Of a DNA stretch of 20,000 nt, positions 19,517-20,000 are shown one piece after another. Origin of the DNA: Catajapyx aquilonaris (taxonomy: Eukaryota). Under the pieces are notes generated by a model. It did not search any database and had not been told where the DNA came from. It saw only the letters and a list, made by a program, of their open reading frames with translations. Position 1 is the first letter of the stretch. The number at the start of each line of letters is the position of its first letter. Location of the stretch: positions 50,542 to 70,541 of the forward strand of contig KZ538433.1 in assembly GCA_000934665.2 (NCBI GenBank), given 5' to 3'. Both the position numbers and the translations under genes were made by a program.

Positions 19517-20000
19517 CCCCTTCAGCCCCAGATCGGCCCGAACCACACAGTTTTCGGCTTACGCGTACTCCGAAGATACGGCCAAGATATTTTGCAAATA
19601 ATAACAGCTATACTTACGAGATCTGGGAAAACCCTATGAATGTGTCTGGAACCATTTTACTCGTCTAGAAGTCCCTAAATTAATATCCAAAAAAGGGCTA
19701 TAATAACTCGAAATTGGACTACTGCCGCCCAACTTTTAGGCTGATTTAATTATGAAATGCTTGTAAATATGCGGAATAACAACTTTGAGAACCATACCAG
19801 AGGAATTTGCTGAAATTGTCGTACTTTGCGAGAAATAAATTAATACTTATTTGCAGCTTTCTGGCACTTCGGAAACCTCCGCATATGGTTCTCCAAGGTT
19901 CTCTAGGTACAGTCGCCGACATATTGATTGAATCACTTGCGAGCCGATTTCTAACGTTATCCTGGATATTCAGAGCAATACCGCACAACATCTTGCGAAA
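19517..20000. mobile_element. Left end of a probable piggyBac-type element running off the window
   Basis: TTAA|CCCCTTCAGCCC followed by CpG-richer sequence. The partner end is not visible. Confidence 0.45.

Overview
Eukaryotic, arthropod-like genomic DNA, not prokaryotic. The window holds one complete intron-split gene on the + strand: a fused trehalose-6-phosphate synthase/phosphatase (Tps1; GT20 + HAD domains). Six coding exons were joined by hand at GT-AG sites with consistent phases: 2764-2826, 3067-3269, 11389-11671, 12750-14225, 18352-18661, 18802-19028 (2562 nt, 853 aa). Exon 1 is the least certain. The introns and 3' flank carry about 25 transposon insertions: Tigger/pogo, Tc1/mariner, PIF/Harbinger, hAT and piggyBac-type MITEs, unclassified foldback elements, a deleted mariner and several tRNA-derived SINE families. 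Four nested insertions can be resolved. There are weak hints of a divergent minus-strand spliced transcript and a transposase-like relic at the left end. I found no convincing new enzymatic or defence system. The interest lies in the TE architecture and its possible effect on Tps1 pre-mRNA.
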